Part shown: piece after piece, positions 60,641 to 64,000 of the stretch | Numbering within the stretch: the stretch's first letter is position 1 | How the letters are laid out: every line of letters starts with the position of its first letter | Assembly: GCF_004010195.1 (NCBI RefSeq) | Contig: NC_057741.1 | Coordinates: forward strand, 17,773,899-17,837,898 | From: Chiloscyllium plagiosum | Lineage: Eukaryota | Direction: 5' to 3' | Length of the DNA: 64,000 nucleotides | The notes under the pieces: generated by a model | Database searches by the model: none | Told to the model about the DNA's origin: nothing | What the model saw: the letters and a program-made list of their open reading frames with translations, nothing else | Translations under genes and position numbers: made by a program

Positions 60641-61854
60641 CAGAAAAAAAATTGATGATTTGAAAAATAATAAATCGGAGATGGTGGTGGTTAGTAGTTT
60701 ACAAAAGTAAAGACATGCTGATGTCGGTGATGGGAAAGTCACTCAGCTGTGCGTGATAGTACTTCCGGGTGAAGAATAAGAAGAAATAAATAAAGATCAG
60801 AGTGCCCTCTTTCTCCAGTGTCGTGGTGAACATGTTCATTTTACTTGTGAAAGGTCCCTAATTTGAAACATCAAGAAGAGAACACAAATGTGCTAGAGAA
60901 AGTAAATAGAGAGAAACAGTTTCTGTTCAAAAATGGACCATGAACCAAAGGTTGCAGACTTAAAGTGCTTTGCAAATGTGAGATATGAAAAGCCTTTTCA
61001 CACAGTGAGTAGTTAGGGTTATGAATGTGGCTGAGGGTTCAATTGAGGCATTCAAGAGGGCATTGAATAATTATTGGGATAGAAATACTGGGCAAGCGTA
61101 TGAGGAAAAAGTTGGTATTAATGCTCATTTGAAGAATCAGTGCAGACACTGGGCACAATGGTCTCATTCTGCTCTATTACACTTCTGTAATCCTGTAAAC
61201 CGCTTCAAGACCTATCACTAAATGCTCCTCTATCCATCATCATAGACGCAAAAAAACACTCAAAGTGACAGTGAAAGATTTGGCACATTTCACCCCAATG
61301 AGTCAAGTAATGATCAAGCTGCTAAGTGACTGTCCTTTTAAATTGTGTGTCGAATTCACAAAGGGCTTTAGTGATAACTCTCCCACCTGGAATATGGAGA
61401 ATCCTGCCAACCGAATACTGTCAATTTGTGACATTCTTGGTAGTCATAAATTAATTACAACCTGGATGTAATGGATTAGATTCAATGAAGTTAAGCTTAA
61501 GTAAACTTAGTTAATGAATACCCAATAAGAGGCTGATGAACCCACTATGGAGGTATCGTGATCTAAATAGATCCTCATTCAAGAGTTTTGTCAGGAAAGT
61601 TACAGAGAAGCAGCATTTACAAAAGTGGAAGGATATCTATCGTCCCTTCAGCATCAAGTGAATATATTTTGGGGTAAATCTTCACTTTATGTAATAATAA
61701 ACTCAGGAGAGCAAATTAACTGGAATGGAAATAAAATGCTGGAGAGATTGAAACTTGCTATTGCCAGTTTTACACAGTTTCAGAAAACCAAGGTCGACTA
61801 CCTTGTGGTTAAACTGTACAGTAGAAATCTACTCAGATGTAGCTATTCAATGAG

Positions 61855-61970
61855 GTAAAAAGAATGAATGACTGCAGATGCTGGAAACCAGATTCTAGAT
61901 CAGTGGTGCTGGAAGAGCACAGCAATTCAGGCAGCATCCGAGGACAGGCAAAATCGACGTTTCGGGCAAA
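61855..61970 (-). mobile_element. Short PLE terminal fragment
   Basis: gactgcagatgctggaaaccag...aatcgacgtttcgggc (3' half of the hammerhead on the minus strand). Confidence 0.7.
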
Positions 61971-62669
61971 ATGTCTAATGTAGAACAAAAATGATGGTAT
62001 TTAGATACCCTTCAAAGCAGAACTAAAATCAAGAGAACCAGGAACAAAACCAAAAATAAATTGTGAAAACATTCAACATATCAAGCAGCGACAGAAGTGA
62101 TGAGGCAGGTTAGCGAGAAGGGCATTTAATTGGCAGGTTGATAGCATAATTTAACCCTGCCACCTTCCAGCCTCGAAAAGAATTAAAGTCTGGACGGGAA
62201 GGTTCTATGGTCAACATCCCCAACTTGCTGCCAGTGGAGGCCCCAGCCTTAAAGAACACTGTGAATAAAACAGGTGCAAGCTCACCTGCAGATATATGGC
62301 CTTATGCTGGCTCCTGTTTACTTAAAGGATCAGGAGTTGGCAGAAGGACCCTTGATACCTGATCAAGGTGTGGATACAGGCCAGGGCTGTTGCAATCCTC
62401 ATGTCTGGAACTCCGTAGCAATTCCAGGCTGCAGTTCCAGCTGAAGCTATGATTTCCTGTGAGGTACTGCAGAGGTTGAAGCTGACAGCCTCTGATTAAT
62501 CAGAAGCTCCTGGGAAGCAGAATCTCTGCCCCTAGGGCTTAATTCCAGGGTACAACCCGCTGGTGCCCAAAAACTATTCAAGTGGCAAAAGATCTGATAA
62601 GATTACTTCAGGAGATGCAACACAGGTCTCTTGTTGGCTTTAATTTCTCAGGTTGATGACCTTTCATCA

Positions 62670-62951
62670 CCCAACCACCTCGTAGCCCAACACTTTAACT
62701 CCCCCTCCCACTCCACCAAGGACATGCAGGTCCTTGGACTCCTCCATCGCCAGACCATGGCAACACGACGGTTGGAGGAAGAGCGCCTCATCTTCTGCCT
62801 GGGAACCCTCCAACCACAAGTCCTGAAGAAGGACTTATGACCGAAACGTCGATTCTCCTGTTCCTTGGATGCTGCCTGACTTGCTGCGCTTTTCCAGCAA
62901 CACATTTTCAGCTCTGATCTCCAGCATCTGCAGCCCTCACTTTATTTCAAA
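62670..62951 (+). mobile_element. Internally deleted PLE 3' fragment (GIY-YIG C-terminus fused to hammerhead terminus) with 12-bp TSD
   Basis: VAQHFNSPSHSTKDMQVLGLLH..RRLEEERLIFCLGTLQP then CUGAAGA..GAAACGUC; TSD GACCTTTCATCA at 62658-62669 and 62952-62963. Confidence 0.85.
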
Positions 62952-63669
62952 GACCTTTCATCAGAATCATTCTTCTTTTTTACCCTCATTGGACATTTTG
63001 GAGACTTTTCCTGACAAGGAAATCTATACAAACATGTGCTTAATATTTATCTCATTACTGAAACAAGAAGACAGCATTGTTCTGCATATCTTAAAGGTAA
63101 CTCATGCAATCATGGGCCAAAATTCTGGGCGTGTTACTCTATAGAGATGAGGAACCTTCTTAATGAGTAAAAAGACTGCATCATTTATAGAATCCTTTTG
63201 CCATTTTTTTTTCTATCTTGTGACCCAACATTGAAATGTTATTCTTGGTTTAGTTGTGATTTCTGCTTTGGAAAAGGAGCAGGGGCCAAACTAAACCACT
63301 AGGGCAATAGAAAATGTTTGGGTCTATTTTTTCTACCTATTTTTCCTTCACAGTTTGCATTTATTTTACACTTCTCGTTGTCCTGCCAGATTATCACCTA
63401 CATGGAATTGAGAAAAATCTATGTAATACATCTTTTTTTTTTGGAAGGAGGGGGCTATTTTGCAGATAAGTGCAGGTCACCTGCATTTAAGCAAAGCTGT
63501 ATGCACAAGATTCTGAGTAATATTTGTCCATCTTGATACTTAGATATTTAATAGCAATATCACTTTGGTGCATTATATAGCCAATCAATCCCTTTGAATA
63601 GCAGGGTGAAGTTTTCTACTGTGGGAATATGTAACAAAATAGTAAATACACATTTGCAATTTTTAAAAA

Positions 63670-64000
63670 TTCATTTGTGTGACATGGGGCATCACTGGCT
63701 GGCCAGCATTTATTGGCCATTACTATTTGCTGCCTCCTTGAACCGCTGCAGTCCATATACTGTAGACTGACCCACAATGGCATGAGAGAGGAAATATAGG
63801 ATTTTGACCCAGTGACAATGAAGAAATGGCGATATATTTCCAAATCAGGATGGTGAGTGTCTTGATGGGGAACTTACAGGTGGTGGTGTTCTCATTTATT
63901 TGCTGCCTTTCTCCTTCTAAACGGAAGTGATTGTGGGTTTGGAAGGCACTATCTAATGATCTTTGGTGAAGTTCTATAGTGCATCTTGTAGATAGTGCAC
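63670..64000 (-). mobile_element. CR1-like LINE 3' end
   Basis: ctggctggccagcatttattg tail; homologous to 48595-48885 in reverse. Confidence 0.7.

Overview
Eukaryotic, repeat-dense DNA of a cartilaginous fish. The HE1-type V-SINEs, SacSINE1-type DeuSINEs, shark CR1 LINEs and Penelope termini point to a shark; an orectolobiform (bamboo/epaulette-type) shark is my inference. The window is mostly intronic and upstream sequence of a minus-strand MGAT4-family (GnT-IV) gene, of which one coding exon is clearly recognisable (2613-2801, coiled-coil stem region). Several candidate 5' exons lie further upstream. The rest is nested transposon debris: CR1, L1/Tx1, L2 and Rex1/Babar LINEs, Gypsy remnants (one with Gmr1-like layout), solo LTRs, Tigger-like MITEs, Harbinger-like remnants and many Penelope-like element (PLE) fragments, plus a 472-nt N gap. 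The most notable structural signal is a set of minimal type I hammerhead ribozymes in PLE termini of several subfamilies, with compensatory stem changes. One is a young 255-bp fold-back insertion carrying a complete hammerhead on each strand. Nearly all ORFs in the supplied track are TE-derived or spurious. No prokaryotic systems (CRISPR, operons) are present. TE boundaries without a stated TSD are approximate, and family names come from motif recognition, not database searches.
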